A DNA stretch of 64,000 nucleotides from Sphagnum compactum. Its lineage: Eukaryota. Location: contig OZ234493.1 of the NCBI GenBank assembly GCA_965153455.1, positions 124,001-188,000 on the forward strand, given 5' to 3'. The position numbers and the translations under genes are program-made. Numbering within the stretch: position 1 is the first letter of the stretch; each line of letters starts with the position of its first letter. This document shows, piece by piece, positions 25,944-40,572 of this stretch. A model generated the notes under the pieces. It was not told the DNA's origin. It did not search any database and worked only from the letters and a program-made list of their open reading frames with translations.

Positions 25944-26835
25944 GTTGGGGCGGAGTTGTTGTCTTTTACATAGGATCTTTTGTCTTTCCCTCTTCCGTTT
26001 TCTTTTAGGGTTAGTAAACCCTTCCTTCTTCGGGTTGTCTCTTCAATCACTAGGTACGTCCTTCTCTTTTACCTATCACATTTTGTCTATCTTTTGCCTA
26101 GTGCAGTTTTCTTCTTTTCCTCTTTTCTCTCCCAGCGGTTGTTGAACCCGTGTTGGGCGGTTGTTGTCTTTTACATAGGCCTTTTTGTTTTCCCCCCTTC
26201 CTTTTTGTTTTAGGGTTTGCAGCGATTCTTTCTTCGGGTTGTCTTTTCAATTGGGTGCCACTTCCTTCTGTCTTTTACCTAACGTAATTCTCTTCTTTCC
26301 CTCTTTTTCTCTCCACCTATGGTTGAACCCTTGTTGGGCGTTTATTTCTTTTACATAGGCTTTTTAGTCTTTCCCTCTGCTTTTTTCTTTTAGGTTATGC
26401 AGCCCTTCTTGCTTCGGGTTGTTTCTTTAACATAATTCTCATAGTTTTCTTTGTCTTTGACCTACTGTAGTTTTTTCTTCTTTCCCATTTTTTTTCTCTC
26501 CAACTGTTGTTTAACCCGTGGTGGGCAGTTATTTGATTTTGTCAAATAACCTACGGTTCCAATTCTTCAGACAATTTTGAGAATCAAAAGAATATCCGGA
26601 TCTAGGACGGTTATCTATTTTTTTCTTTCACATAGGGTTTGTCGTCGTCTTTCCCTTTTCTTTTCTCTTGGGTTTTGTAGCCCTTCTTCGGGTTGTCTCT
26701 TCTTTAACTACTTCCTTCTCGCGTTTGTCACAGCGTTTCTCTGTCTTTTACATAGTGTAATTTTTCCTTCGTTCCCTCATTTCTCTCCAGCTGTTGTTGA
26801 GCCGGTGCTGGGCGGTTATTTGATTTTGTCAAACC
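25944..26835. repeat. Degenerate ~180-210 bp pyrimidine-rich tandem repeat directly upstream of LD
   Basis: Recurring modules GTTGAACCCGTGTTGGGCGG, CTTTTACATAGG, TTCGGGTTGTC and TTTCTCTCC; about 4-5 copies. Confidence 0.8.
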
Positions 26836-26981
26836 CTAGAGTATCGAGTTTTCTGAAAATTTTGGAATCCGAAGAAATTCTGGTTCTAAGACGGTTATCT
26901 GATTTTAAAAACTACTCTACAGTTCCCATTTCTAGGTTCTTGGACAGGGTCTTTCAGTTTTTGCAGATTGCATTTGCCTAG

Positions 26982-27165
26982 ATAGCCCAGATAGGGAAAC
27001 TGGCCATTTAATTCAAATATCTAAATATTAATATTTAAGCATTCTTAGTATTTTAAAAATTCAGGCATTTAATTCAAGGAATATTTAATGCCTAAATATT
27101 AAATTCCTAGATATTTAAATATTAATATTTAGTTTCCTACATAGCCCAGATAGGGAAACTGGCCA
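26982..27165. repeat. 25-bp perfect direct repeats flanking an AT-rich palindromic spacer
   Basis: ATAGCCCAGATAGGGAAACTGGCCA at 26982-27006 and 27141-27165. The spacer contains AAATATTAATATTT twice. Confidence 0.9.
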
Positions 27166-29724
27166 GTTCCTTGAAATTTTTGAGAACCTTGAGTCAAGGA
27201 TGCACATACCCGACCCTTATCCACCAAATTTTTCTTTGGGAAAACTGTCCAACATTGGTTACAAGGTTCAACGGGTGTTGGGAGGTTCTCACTTTTTTGG
27301 AACTTGCAATATGTATATATTGGTGGGTAAGAGTAGGGTTTATGTTCACCAATAATTCTGTATACTTTTATAAATTCATACTTGTTAAAAAATGATTAAG
27401 GTTTTTTTTTGATTTATTGGGGCACTTCTAATGACTTTTCATAACAAGTTGTCAAAAAAAATCATTCATATGAAAAAACTATTTTGGGACAAAAGCACAT
27501 GCAGTTTTCATGTAAAATAACACTTGTGGCTCATTTGGGTGCGTTTTTACCCTTTTGCCAATTGCAAAACTATCTAATCCATATCACCCACGATTTTTTC
27601 TTTAAAGGTTTTGAGTTGGGTGCTAGGTTGTAAAGGAAAATAGGTGGTGAAAGAAGTTGCCAATTGAGGGACTTTTTAATCCAAATGACCCATCATGCTT
27701 CTTTGAAGGTTCTAAAATTGGGTGTTTAGGCTGAAAAAAAAGCAATGAAAGAAGTGTTTTTTTGCCAACTACGGGATTGTCTAATCCAAATGATTCACCA
27801 CCTTAATTTATTTTGAACACACAAGGGATCTTGGGGATCCTTTGTAGATTGTAATGTTTTTCCATAATAAAATTGTCCATTGTTTTAACATTCTTGTTTT
27901 GGGAAAATGCATGATTAGTCATAAGTAAGTTGTAATAAAAATATGTTCCTTTAATCTTTCAATAACATATTGAAGTGAGGTCATGTTTTTGATATCCTCC
28001 TACATCTAAACAATCTAAAATTGATACTTGTTTGTCAAATTGGAACCTAATCGACAACTAATTAGAACCTATCCCAACCTAACTGTTAATCGAGCGTGAG
28101 CAAGGTAAAGTAGACATCTCATGGCTCCTTGTTAAAGAATTACATGTAGCCATAAAAAGGTTTTAATGTATCAAAAGTAATTTTTTTTTTGGTCTAATAA
28201 TTAACATGATGATAATCTTTCATTTTATATTTGAAAATTTGAAAAACCCTATCTTGAAAATAGGATTAAGTAGAATTTTTAAAAATGTTTCTACTTATAC
28301 AAAATGTTTCATCTTGCAAAATGGGTTACATGTAGATGAAATATTAATTCTTAAAAATTTTCAATTTTAATGGAGCTCTAAAAGATATTTATGTATTATC
28401 AAATTATGGATGTTATTATCATAATATATCAATTTATTAATATGAAGTAGGTTTGAACATCATTTTGACCTAATTAATTTCAAATGTACTTTCAATTCAC
28501 TTTTATGATATCAAAGTTATTCAAACTTTGTATTCAACTTCCCATAAATTAAATGCAGAGACCTATGGTTTTATATTTCTATTTTAAAATATTTTGAATC
28601 TACTTTCTTGCGTCCATATCAAAAATTGTTTCATTTTTTAATTGGATTTTGAAAAGACTACTTTTCTTATCTACTTTACCTTGCTTACACCCAACCAACC
28701 TATCTAAACATAATTACTAATTGGGAACAAGAACAAACATTAAATTTTTTTAAAAATTGAATCAAAACTGACCTATTTGAACATAATTGTTAACAAAGAA
28801 CCATCCTATATGAGTTTGAAGTTATAGGATGAAAAAATATAATAAGTTTGGACATATATAGTTTTGGCTAAACTCATTTAGGATGAAGAACATATCTCCA
28901 AACTTTTGTAATATAATCCATACAAAGAAAAGTAGATGATAAAAGAGGAAATAAGACCAAAGTACTTTAACATATGCAAGAATGAAACTATTGATTACAC
29001 TAGCGATTCAATGTCCTTCTCATCTTTTTGAGGATGATGATGATGTGTTTTTTCTTCCATCTCCAACAATTTTTTTGATCGTCAACAACATAAACATTTC
29101 AGAAAACAATTTCATAATATTTCATTGAAAAGACTTTTAAAAAAGTAAAGATGATAACAAAATTGAACATGACAAATGTTTAAAACCAACAACTAATTTA
29201 ATTTTATGTGTTCATTTAAATTATTGCACATGAGTGACATCATAAGTTTAATGATTTGTTGAAGCAACAACTTGACATTATCTAGTGTTGCTAATAAGAA
29301 CAAAACGTATAGTTTCACACACTTCAAGCAATCCTACTCATACCAACCCATGTGTTTGCAACTTGTGTCCAAATGAATCATTTTTGTTATTGCCATTTCA
29401 ATTGTCATTTGTGCCACCATGGTAAAAATGATTTGTAACCATGTATTCAACGACAAAATGGTTTTAAGTTGTAAATGTGACTATGATTTATGCTTATTGT
29501 TAATTTGAATGAAAACAAAAATGAAAATTGTTTTCATATCATCCACAATTAGTGGTGTCCAACAATAGATGAAAACTTGATTGTTTTTATGATTAGTAAA
29601 TTTGGTTCATATGTGATTAGACAACATGTGATGTTTTGTTCAACTTGAATTATGATTATACATTATAGTTGCAAATGCACATGTGTAATGGCTAATTAAT
29701 GCATGCAGTACGTCACATTAATTT

Positions 29725-30120
29725 AAATAGTCTAAATAGCTTATGCAACCTTGAAGTAACCTTCAGGTAGCTTAGGTAGCCCTTAAGTAGTCCAAACAAG
29801 CGTTAAATAACTAAGAAACACCTTTGTAAGCCCCTAGGTAGCTTAATTAATTTAAGCAACATTTAAGTAACCCCTAGCTATGGCCATAAGTATATTAGTT
29901 AATTTAAACAACCCTGATGTAGGCTGCCAAATACCATAATTAATTTAGGCAACCCCTAGGTAGCTTTCGTAGACTTTAAATAACCTAAATAACCCTTAAA
30001 TAACTTAGGCAACCTTTAAATAATTTCGGGTAGCCTAAACAACTCCTAAATAACCTAGGTAACCCCTAGATAGGCTTGTACATAACCTAGGCAACCCCTT
30101 GGTAGCCCTTAATACCTTGT
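29725..30120. repeat. Degenerate CCTAG/TAGGTAGC-rich simple tandem repeat
   Basis: Repeated taacctag(g)/taggtagc/aacccctagg words. A similar tract lies at about 8305-8420. Confidence 0.65.
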
Positions 30121-33100
30121 AATGTCTTTCACAACAAAAAAATTATGATTTGTTCAAGGCAACTAAAAAAAAAAATAGTCACATGTGTCATTTACAACCA
30201 AAAATAGTCGAATAAACTAGTTGTGAATATGCAAATTCTTGGAGAGACAAAACAAACTTAAGAAGTTGTAAAGTTTACAAATCAAATTCCTACATCCATG
30301 GAAGGGATTTTTAAAAATTCATGCTATGAACTAGGGTTTGTAGAAGAACACCTCATAAAATAGAAAGAAGTTCAAGGATTATTATTGCAATAACCATTTG
30401 CATGACCATTTTCATGTGTGTTGTGTTTCATTCAATAAGTAGGCATTTTGAATGGCGATAATGAGTATTCAATAAATAGGCTCTATTTAATTCCATACTA
30501 ACTTGCAATTTGTTTGATTTAATGGTCATAGGTAACTTGGTAAGTTCAATTATTTGTGTTATCAATTTGAACATGGGCATATTTAAGCTTTAATGAGTAT
30601 TAATGGACAAGGATGTACTAGTGATTGAAATAACCCATTCCTAAATGTGAAACAACATTTAGTGTAAAATGGAAAGACTTTATTAAATAGAATTTCCCTC
30701 CACAAAATAAGGAGCTCGGATGTTTTGTTTTTTTGGGAGGTTCTTATGTTTTAAGGGGGGGTTTGTAGATTTGTAATTCCCTTCTTCATCTTTCCTTTCA
30801 TATGAAAGAAAAAAAATTATTTGATATTATTTATTCAATTTTACTTTTAATCATTGATTAATAATTATCTTACAATAAGTATGACAATTTAAAATTTTAA
30901 AATAAAAACTATATTAAATTGAATGTAATAAACAAATAAATTACAAGAAGTTTTACTTTGTTATGACTCAAAAAGGTGAAAATCTAATATGAAATGAAGA
31001 TCATTTGTTTAATCTAAATACAAGCATGAACCTTCAAATCAAGACTCATGCAAAATTGAACAATTATTTTTGTAGTCTATCACATACAAGTTATCCAAAA
31101 ACTCTATATTGGTGGGATTTTAACAAAGTATACAACAATATGTCAAATGATTCTTCATGTTTGTGTATGTTTAAGTACTCGAAAATGTAATTGCACATGA
31201 TGTACATGAAATTCAAACATATATTATTCCTTCACATGGCCTTGCATACTTTGTAATAAACTTGTAATAGAAGATGTATTAGAAATAGACAATGTCATGT
31301 TTCAATTATTCAAATTTTGGAATTAGTGGCTACCCACATGGGTCACAACAATTGGCTACATAATTAACTATTTGTCATGTTGTATCAAGATGTCCTTCAC
31401 CGTTATATATACAATTTTGGAATGCAATGTTTGTTTCTTTAGTTAGATTTACCATGGCTTTTGACATAAATGTGCCTCCTGCATTCAAATTAAGAACAAC
31501 AATGCATTTCATTTATTCCAATGGCTCTCAATTTTCCTTGTTTGTTCGATTAGCAACCACCATCATCAAAGAAAATGCAACATTGAGGTCTTCATCCAAA
31601 TTAGATTTTATCAAAATTCAAACAAGTATGTTGAAAAATTTGAAGCAATTATGAAAAAATATAAATACCTTCAACTTCTTTATAGACTTTTCAACAAATT
31701 TCTTTTCTACAATTTGTTCCAAGCTTTTGCCATATGCAAGATTATCAATTACCACAGCTAGAAAAGATCTCACAATAGATCTATACATACAAAATAATTT
31801 CCCGTTAAACCTTAAGTGTAACTATCTTATGGGAATCAAAATAAACAAAAAGACAAATATTCTTTGTTTTTTGAACAACTCATGTTTTTCAAACAACACC
31901 TTTTCTCATAAGTGAAAATGTAATCACAATTGATTTCACTAAATATTATACTTTGCAAAGCGCAACTATGAGTGTCTTGATCTACACGATCATATATGCA
32001 CAACAAAAAAATATCAAACCAACAAAAACCACTAAATGTTTCAACAAACATTTTGTTTTAAAAACAAACATGTAACTTACTTTGAATAACTTTCAAGGTC
32101 CTAGTGCCTTGTAATTTTCATGTTGTATTCCATAGGCACAAGAGCCTTTAACCCCTTTGTTATAACGATCCCATGGCTTTACTTATTTGTAATCTTTTTA
32201 CCTTTTAATTCTGGAATGTCCTCAATACAAGTCATCTACTTAACAAATCAAGAATATTTTAAACTAGAGTTTTAGAAAACCACACTTGTTCACTTGAGTC
32301 TTGCAATCTTGGCTTCAACTAAAAGAAAAGAAGACGAAATCTTACATCAACATCAAAATTTTAAAAGTGCTAATCACATCGTGAACATAATAGTTAATCG
32401 GTGGTCAATGGTCTTTCACTTTGTAGTGGCCAACTTCAAAGTTCTAATTTTTATTCAACCCCCAAGTTGATACGTACAAAAAGGGTATAGAAAAGGATAA
32501 TATAAAAATTAGAAATAGAGGAGAAAGCATATATAAGTATGCACATACTCATCATGAGTTTTGTGAACAATAACAAATTAAAACAATTGTAGAACAAATT
32601 GAATCATAAAAATTTGAAAAAAAATTATATTTTAAAAACACATGAAGGTCATTTGAATGTAATGAAAAATCTATGTCATCCACCTTCTTCAACTCATTAG
32701 CACCTATGGTAAGATAATTATACATACAAAAATATTCAAATTTCATAATAACATCGCTAGTGTGTTAATTTGACCTTATTTTTAATTTATAATGATCTAC
32801 TTTTCAAACATGGTTAAGGCATCCGACTTCTTAATGTTTCAGTTGAGACCAATGATATATGGCCTCCTAGTGACTTCATCGGTAGCAAATTTCATGCACT
32901 GGTCAATATGCAACATTTATGTGAATATTGAACCCTACCATAGACTTTCCGAAGGCAACAACATTAGATTTTTCCCAAGACCTAATGACTCACCCTAGAA
33001 CCCTAAATAGACTTGTAATACTACATCACAACATTGTACACTAATTAGGTGAAACCAAACACAAACATAAATAAACACATAAAAAAGGACAAAGGTGATA

Positions 33101-34829
33101 ATTCAAAAACATAATCACAAACAAAAAAAAAACCTATTTAGAAAGGTTATATATGGTTTCAACAAAAAGATTGCTTCCATTGAAACAATTACAAAGGAAT
33201 GGCAACCAAAAAAAAAACCAAGCAAGAATAAATATAAACACAAGAACAAATGAAATTAACGTGTATGAAAGTAGAAAGGAATGTTGAGGAGGATTAAAAT
33301 GACAATGAGCCTTCGTGATGTAGGCATGTTGACTTTTGCTACAATAAAAACCAAAGAATTCTTGCAACTAGCAATAGAGGCACAATGTTGTTCAAAACAT
33401 TGATTCACCAAGAATGTCATGTGAAAAAATATGGAATGGAGAAGTTACAAATGGGAAGCAATTTAAAACACATCAAGAAAACAAAAGTTAAAGACAAAAA
33501 CACAACAAAATAAAAGTTTTGTTATTGTAGCTATGTAGAGCTTCACTATTGTAGCAAAGGGGAAGGTGAAATATGCAATGAACATATGTGTAACATCCAC
33601 AAAAGATTTCCACCATGTCCAATCAAAGCAATTTACATCATCAAAACTTCATCACCGTGTCACTATTAAACAATGCACATCTAACCACTTTTACCAAACA
33701 ATTAGAAAAAATTCACCATCCGATCTCATTGGATTTGCCACTAATCCAATCTACTTAATCGCGAATCTCAAATAAGAACCAAACTCAAAATCCAATGATG
33801 AATTTTGACAAATTTGACATTAAACCATTTAATTATCAATTTTAAAAAGGTTAAAAGATTGATCCAATAGTGAATCTTTAAATAACACCGAAGATTTGAC
33901 CTTTTTCGACCATTCAATTGTGACCTAAATTGTTATTTGATACAAATGTTCACCGCTAGTGTAACATATCATTCGTCCATTCTTTTCTGTTCAATGGGTT
34001 TGTTCAATGAGGGTATCCAATACTTATATTTAGGGTTGCCACCTTTTGATTAAGCAGATTGTGGTCATTGATACTTGGCTTTTGATTTTTTCACAAGGTG
34101 GTCACATTTTTGTTCCAATAGGTAGCCAATAATACAGAAGGTTGTTTCAACATTTTGATTTGAATATATCATTTATAACCAAATTTGATTAAATCTTCCC
34201 ATGGGTGGGGGTTACATCACCAAATTGATAGATGGGGGCATTTTCTCCTTAGTGCACTTTGTAGTTTAACCAAGCTTAAAGGTTTATTAGTGTTTAGAGT
34301 GCAACTTAGACCCAACAACTTTGTGTAACACATAAAGGACACATAATTAAACAATTTTATTTCATCTTTCATTCACTTATAATTGAAACTAAATAATAAG
34401 CAAACATGAAATGATTTTTTCAATACACTATGAAACAATTCACAAACACTTTCATGTCTATGCATTTTCATGGAAAAAATATTTGCTCCATGGCATGGCA
34501 TGGCATTCGAGCTACAGTTTCACAATCTTGAGTCCCTGGCAGAGCACTCAGAATTGAAATAACAACAAAGCGTCTACACGAAACACAAACAATAGTTTAG
34601 CATGCAAGTTTGTTCACCAAGCTCTTAGTAAGTCTGATGCCAGGCCGACCAATGCACAATTGACCAGACCTCTGAACACCAGTACCAGGCTTCACAAACT
34701 TTCTTCAAGCCAGGAATTCAATCTCCTGGAGAAATCTGAGAAACATTTCAGGAGGTCCTGACTCCGGATTGAAAGATAGCACACTCATGAAATGAGAGAA
34801 TAACTCAATCAATGAGCAATCAATGAAAT

Positions 34830-37626
34830 TCAGCAAGCTCCACCCACTTGACAGTAACTTATGGGACCTGCATCTGCTGTCATGTTTCCCACCATGGTAG
34901 AAGGCAGTGCAACGAAACTAGTGGCTTGGGTGTCGTAGATCGTACTGTTCCAAAAGGAGGAATTTCTTGCACCTGAGGGTGTGAAGAAAGCGCCATTCAA
35001 GAATAGGTCACCGGATGATGTCCAATTCCAAGTGTTTGCGGATCCAAAATCACTGCCTCCATCATCGATGCGCATAGTCACCTGCAAAGTGTGTTTTATG
35101 GATTCATCAGCGATGGACCCTAAATTATTTGTCATCATCAGATCATTGCAGCAGAGAAAAAACAGAGCCCTGAGCTGGAAGAGAATATAATATTATGTTG
35201 TGGAATCAACTTGATTGACGCTGTAGATTATAGTAGTTTGTTGACTCTGCCCTTAAGGGTAGAGACATTGTGAAGCACCCAGAGAAACGGGCCAAAGTTT
35301 GGTACCGCTACATTCTAGTGTCATGTGGAAGTGCACTATTAAAAAACATTTCCAACATAACTGAAGGATCTACTTAGGCTTCGCCATGCTAATCACCATG
35401 TGTTAAATCCAAATCAGTATGTTGAATATCTATAATCCGTATGGATGTCATTTCAAGGCTAGAGCGCTAGGTAGCTAAAGATCATAACCAGCTTGATTTG
35501 ATCACGAAGAAGAATTCTTACCTCCTTCGAGGTGCTGACATTGGGAGCAGAGTAACGATTTCCCTCGCTGTTGATGGTGGGAGCCTCACTGCCTCCTACT
35601 GCATATATCCCCCATGATGTGTAGTCGTTGTTCACCACATGAAAGAACCCATGTCGGCATCTGCAATGTCGGAAAGAAAGGGGGAGGAAAGTCTACTAAG
35701 TTGAAAGCTCATCAAGGGTTAAGGGTTTATCAAGCTCATCAAGCTGGTTATTCACAACATTCTTGAATCATGTGATTTGTTACTGTTTTATGGCATCCCA
35801 ATGGCATGCGCCTCGTACAAGCAAGATCTTGAGATTAATTAGTATGTACCATGATCTAAGAAGTGAGCAAAAGAGCATGACAAATGACTGACTGACTGAC
35901 CTTGGCAGGCGCTGCGTGAGATTGGCCCCAAAATGGTTGAACGCAACTGTAACCCGCAAGTTGCCGTCCATAGTGTCATTTGGATGTGCACCAAGAAGCA
36001 TCACCTGCACGCGTGGTTGCGAACAACACCGTGGTTAGAATAAACGATTTCCTTCTGACTGGCAACTTGAGAGCAACGTCCTCAGCGAGAAAGAAAACCA
36101 GATCACGCTTTCAAGCAATCGTTCACTTAGCTAAGACGACCAAGAAGAACAAGAGGACAAGGTTTTGCGCACTGGACTTGCACACCTTATCATGGTCGGT
36201 GAAATAGTTGTTGGAAACGGTGATATCAGTTGATCCCATAATGACATCAACGAGTCCATCTGCGCAATTGGCGAAGTAGCAGTGATCAACCCAGATGTCC
36301 TGAGACCCGAAGATGTTAACAGCATCGCCGTCGGTTGTTCCTCTTTGCCCGAAATGTGTGCTATTGCTTCGAACTACCGCAGGTCCGGTAGAGATGCAGT
36401 CGTGGATGTGAACTCCGTGAACGATGACGTGAGTCACGTATTCCAGCGTTAGACAAGCGCCACCAGCGATATGGATATCGAAGCCTCTGCCGTCGATGGT
36501 CTTGAAACTGGACATGATAAGCTCTTCTTTGAGAGTCAGGTTCATATCGCTGGCGAAGATGATCCACAGAGGCTCTGCCTGAGTAACACCGTAGCGCAAC
36601 GTGCCTGGTGCGGGGTTCACAGTATCATTGTCACTGTTATCGGTAACAATATAGATCTGCCCTCCTTGTCCACCGACGGCCTTACTGCCGAACCCGAGAG
36701 CACAGTCCGCAAGGTTTTGCCGGTTATTTTCCCAGTTGGGATCACATCTCCAGCAATCATCGATCGGATTTCCAGATCCACAGCCGCTTTGGAGAACTGA
36801 TCTTCCAGTGTAGTCGCGGATCCTTCCCTCTGTCTGCTCATTGCTGCACATAAACTCGAATGTTATCCTTGATTGCAGGTAAACTACCTACTCGGTGCTC
36901 TGGACATCGAAATCCCTGATGAAGTACGAGAATCGATGAGCGGTCACATACAAGGCCTAGAATGGAAAGTTCAATGCAATAATTGCTTGTAATCTAATAC
37001 ATGCAGCACTAGAACAAATATCACTTTCTAAGGAACCACCGAAAGCACGCGCAATGAAGAGGTTGCAACTGTCTGTAATTCATGAATGATATCGCATCTT
37101 GTGCAGTCTTCTCGTGTTAAATCGAAGTTTATACGGATCATAATGGTTGTAATTCTCACTGTTATCGCAATTGATCGCTACTGCAGCGGCGCAGGTACAT
37201 ACTTTTCGGTTCTGTATTGATCTTACTACAACCGATAGCGACAACCTGTTCTCTTTGCAGAAAAGACGACTTCGTATGTATAGGAAACGACTTCACCGCG
37301 TTGCAAGGTGAAAGAATTACGAGAAACAATTTATGTCTTGACTACGAATCCGAGCGCAATCAACAAACAATGACGAGTTGCAAAACTTACCTCGACCCCA
37401 CGTTGAATGCCGCCCACCCGTCCGCCTCATCGACCCTGGAAGTCACAACTCTTCCTCCACCACCAGCTAGCCGCGAAGCCAAATCTAAAGCTGGAACCTG
37501 TCTGACAGCTCCGCACACAGAAACACTCCCACACATTACAGTAGCAAACACGAACAATGGGACCACGACGTCCCCAACCGAGTGCCGCATTGACGAATTA
37601 GCTGAGCCAAATAATAAACGCGCCAT
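34830..37626 (-). CDS. Pectate lyase (PL1 / Pec_lyase_C), 5 exons
   Basis: Exons 37391-37626, 36186-36843, 35901-36004, 35522-35660 and 34830-35081 have GT-AG ends and join in frame. Motifs [68 protein letters not shown]. Hydrophobic N-terminal segment. Confidence 0.96.
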
Positions 37627-39726
37627 CGAAATTCCCCGATCTGGATTCTGCAATATATTTCTTGCAATTCGGAAACGAATTCCTTAGGAAATTCTTCCCG
37701 CACGATCACTCGCAACCCGATATAATAGGATAATACTTCTCTGGACAAAGCTAGAGATGTAAAGAAAAAAAGAAAAACCGGAGCAAAAGTAAGCTTGATC
37801 AAGAGCTCGAGACAACAGGTTCCCAAATTAACCACAAGCAGCGTATAATTATAAACCAAGTTAGAAAAAAATTGTAAATAGAACACCAGCTTCACTTGTA
37901 TCAGAATAAATAAATACCAAAAGTCGAGATCGATCGGACCGATCGGATGGAGAACGATTGCAGCTAGCAGCGCTTTGAGAATACTATTAAAGCAAAGATA
38001 AATTGGGCGTGAAGGAAGAGATTATCAGGAAACAACAACAGTACACAAGTCTGATGCAGCTGCAAAGACAAGAAGACAGGGATTATATATAACTTCCAAT
38101 AGTGTACTAGCTAGTTAGCGAGAGGAGAAACAACAGCAGCAGATCACGCAGCAGCACAGAGAACACATGCAGGATGAGAAGTGCAAGCAGAGTTAGGGGG
38201 GGGGTTTGGCCACGCAATAGTAGGCAGGATCCGCGGAAACGAGCATTGAAGCATTGTCGGAATTGCATGCATGTTGTGATCCTCCCTCCTTCCGTCCTCC
38301 CTCGGGAATCGGGAGGTGTGCCGCTGGCGGCGTCGCAGCAATGTACTATGTAATGGTGGAAGCTCACAGTTAGTATATTGAAAGGCATTGAGGCAATTCC
38401 ATTTGAATTTTTTCACTACTTTTGACAATCAAGCTTGAAATTTTGACATTTCAGGCAATAATACATTTCTCCAAAAATCAATCATTTCAAAACTAATTTA
38501 ATCGATGTTGAATATGTTCATGTAGTACATACAGCATGTCATTACAAAAGTTGAGATAGAAAGATTCACCATTCTAAAAGGGCTATGTACATACTCCATG
38601 GTTGAGACTACCCATGGTTTGATTCTAGCACTAAAACAATGAAGTTGCCTAAAAAGCTTTATTCAATTTCAACTAACGGACCTAATGACTCTCTGAGTTT
38701 AGCCAAGGCAGCCTATATTTTTCACTTTTTAACATTCTACCATTTCTTATCCAACTTAGCTTGAATGATGCAGGGAACCGAATATTGTTTCTGTCTTAGC
38801 TTTCCTAACATGCCAAAATGATGTCCTCTCAAGTCTTTGAATTACATATCCTCACTTGTGATATAACAAATTCAAAGAGAAAACTTTTGGTCAAGCTCAA
38901 CAAAAACAGAGTGGTTGAAACTTAACATGTTATAGATCTATTTTCAATGAAATTTAAAACCGAAGCAATGTAGATCTACAAGTAAAGAAAACATTGAGTA
39001 ATTAACTACTAATCCATTGACAAGTACAAATGCAGAAGGTTCAATCCAAGTGGTGGATGTTCTAACAATGTGCACATATTTCTAGACGTCTTCTATGCTC
39101 CTACATTTAGCACACATCATCGAAGTTATTATCCACATGGCCATCAATTTCACCACCACTTTGTGTGTTGTATCAACAATCACATCCAACATCAAGCACG
39201 TCCAAACTAAGAACACTCATCAAAAGTGAACCGAACAAAAGTTCAAGAAACTGTAGATCACTTACTGCCCTCAAGAGTCAGAAGCAAACGACTGAACCTG
39301 TCATCTTACAGAGCATTTGGTAGATCTCTGTGGCAAGCATTCACCCATTGCGTGCCACATGTGCAGCATACAGTGGTGCATCAAAGACAACCAAAAGACT
39401 CAGAAATTGATTGTATTTCAACATTATCGATGTGAGACCTCTCAACTGTCTTGAAGCAGTGTGTTGACGAAGTCAACAAAGGAAATGGAAGAGATACTAG
39501 AGACGAATACAAATGATGGTCCTTGCTAGAGACCCTGGTAGACACAACAATTGTTGCCCTCATTTCTAGACACAACAATTATTGCCCTCAAGAGTTGTAG
39601 AACAAAAATATATAACTTCTTTACACGCATTCGATCCACACATTCTTGATGGCAGACAGTTCCACACTGACCCTGTAAAAACTGCACCAAAAACTCCACA
39701 ATAACCATTCTGCATATCTCTTGAGA

Positions 39727-39897
39727 CTGCAGCAAAACAAACTCCACAATCACCATTGTGTCAGTTTTGGAAAAACCAAAAACTAACACAAACAAGAGTG
39801 AGTGCAGTTATAGCCTATGACAAAGACTATCAACTTCACTGTGAAATAGCATTTGACTAGCTGCCAGGACTCCCCCACTGACTTCATCAGCTCCCAT
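39727..39897. repeat. Short dispersed repeat, copy 2 (downstream of FAB1)
   Basis: Collinear with 19523-19688. The terminal 23-mer CCCACTGACTTCATC(A/G)GCTCCCA differs at one base. Confidence 0.75.
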
Positions 39898-40572
39898 TAC
39901 TCCATCTCGCTTTCTGCATGTCCATTCCACATGTGAAATTCTGCAGCTACCAGATTTTGAAATCACTGGAAGTATGAGTCCTCAGGAAACCTAACCTGAT
40001 GCACCTGATGATGCACCCGACAAATCATCCCCCTTGATGAAGTCATTTTAGTCTGCAAACTGCAAATTAGTAGTCTTCACTTTGTTCAGTGACATGTCCT
40101 ACTGTAAGATGATTGACTTTCATAATATGTAAGATTACCAGCTTGCTTTCTGGCAATACAATACTAGATTCTGACGTGAAAAACATGAAAGATCATTACA
40201 TGGCGAGAGATACTTGAGACTGCAGAATGGAACATCTTACAGGTCACATGGTGTTAACCATGACTTGCAGATTGAAGAATCCTTAAACGGCAATAAGGGA
40301 CTAACCTACCTAATCCATTAGACCAGAGAACTCTGAACAGCCCCAAGAAACAGATCACAGTGCTTTTTGAACATCACAGAAAACACACATCTGTGAGGGA
40401 GGGCAAAACCTGTCGCTGGGGAGGTGGGCAGGCAAGGGAGAGGAGAGCCAATGACTGCCTAATAATCATAGTCACCATTCTAACTGGACTTTTGCTTTGA
40501 AATGTACAATTACCCATATCAGCAATGGGAGAGACAATGCCTGGTATATTGTTGCAATATGGCCCTTCTGCA

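Noticed and set aside
39840-39897. Hammerhead ribozyme or C/D-box snoRNA (CTGATGA on the minus strand)
   Set aside because: No stem II followed by GAAA. The other copy reads CCGATGA, and box C and box D are not both intact in either copy.
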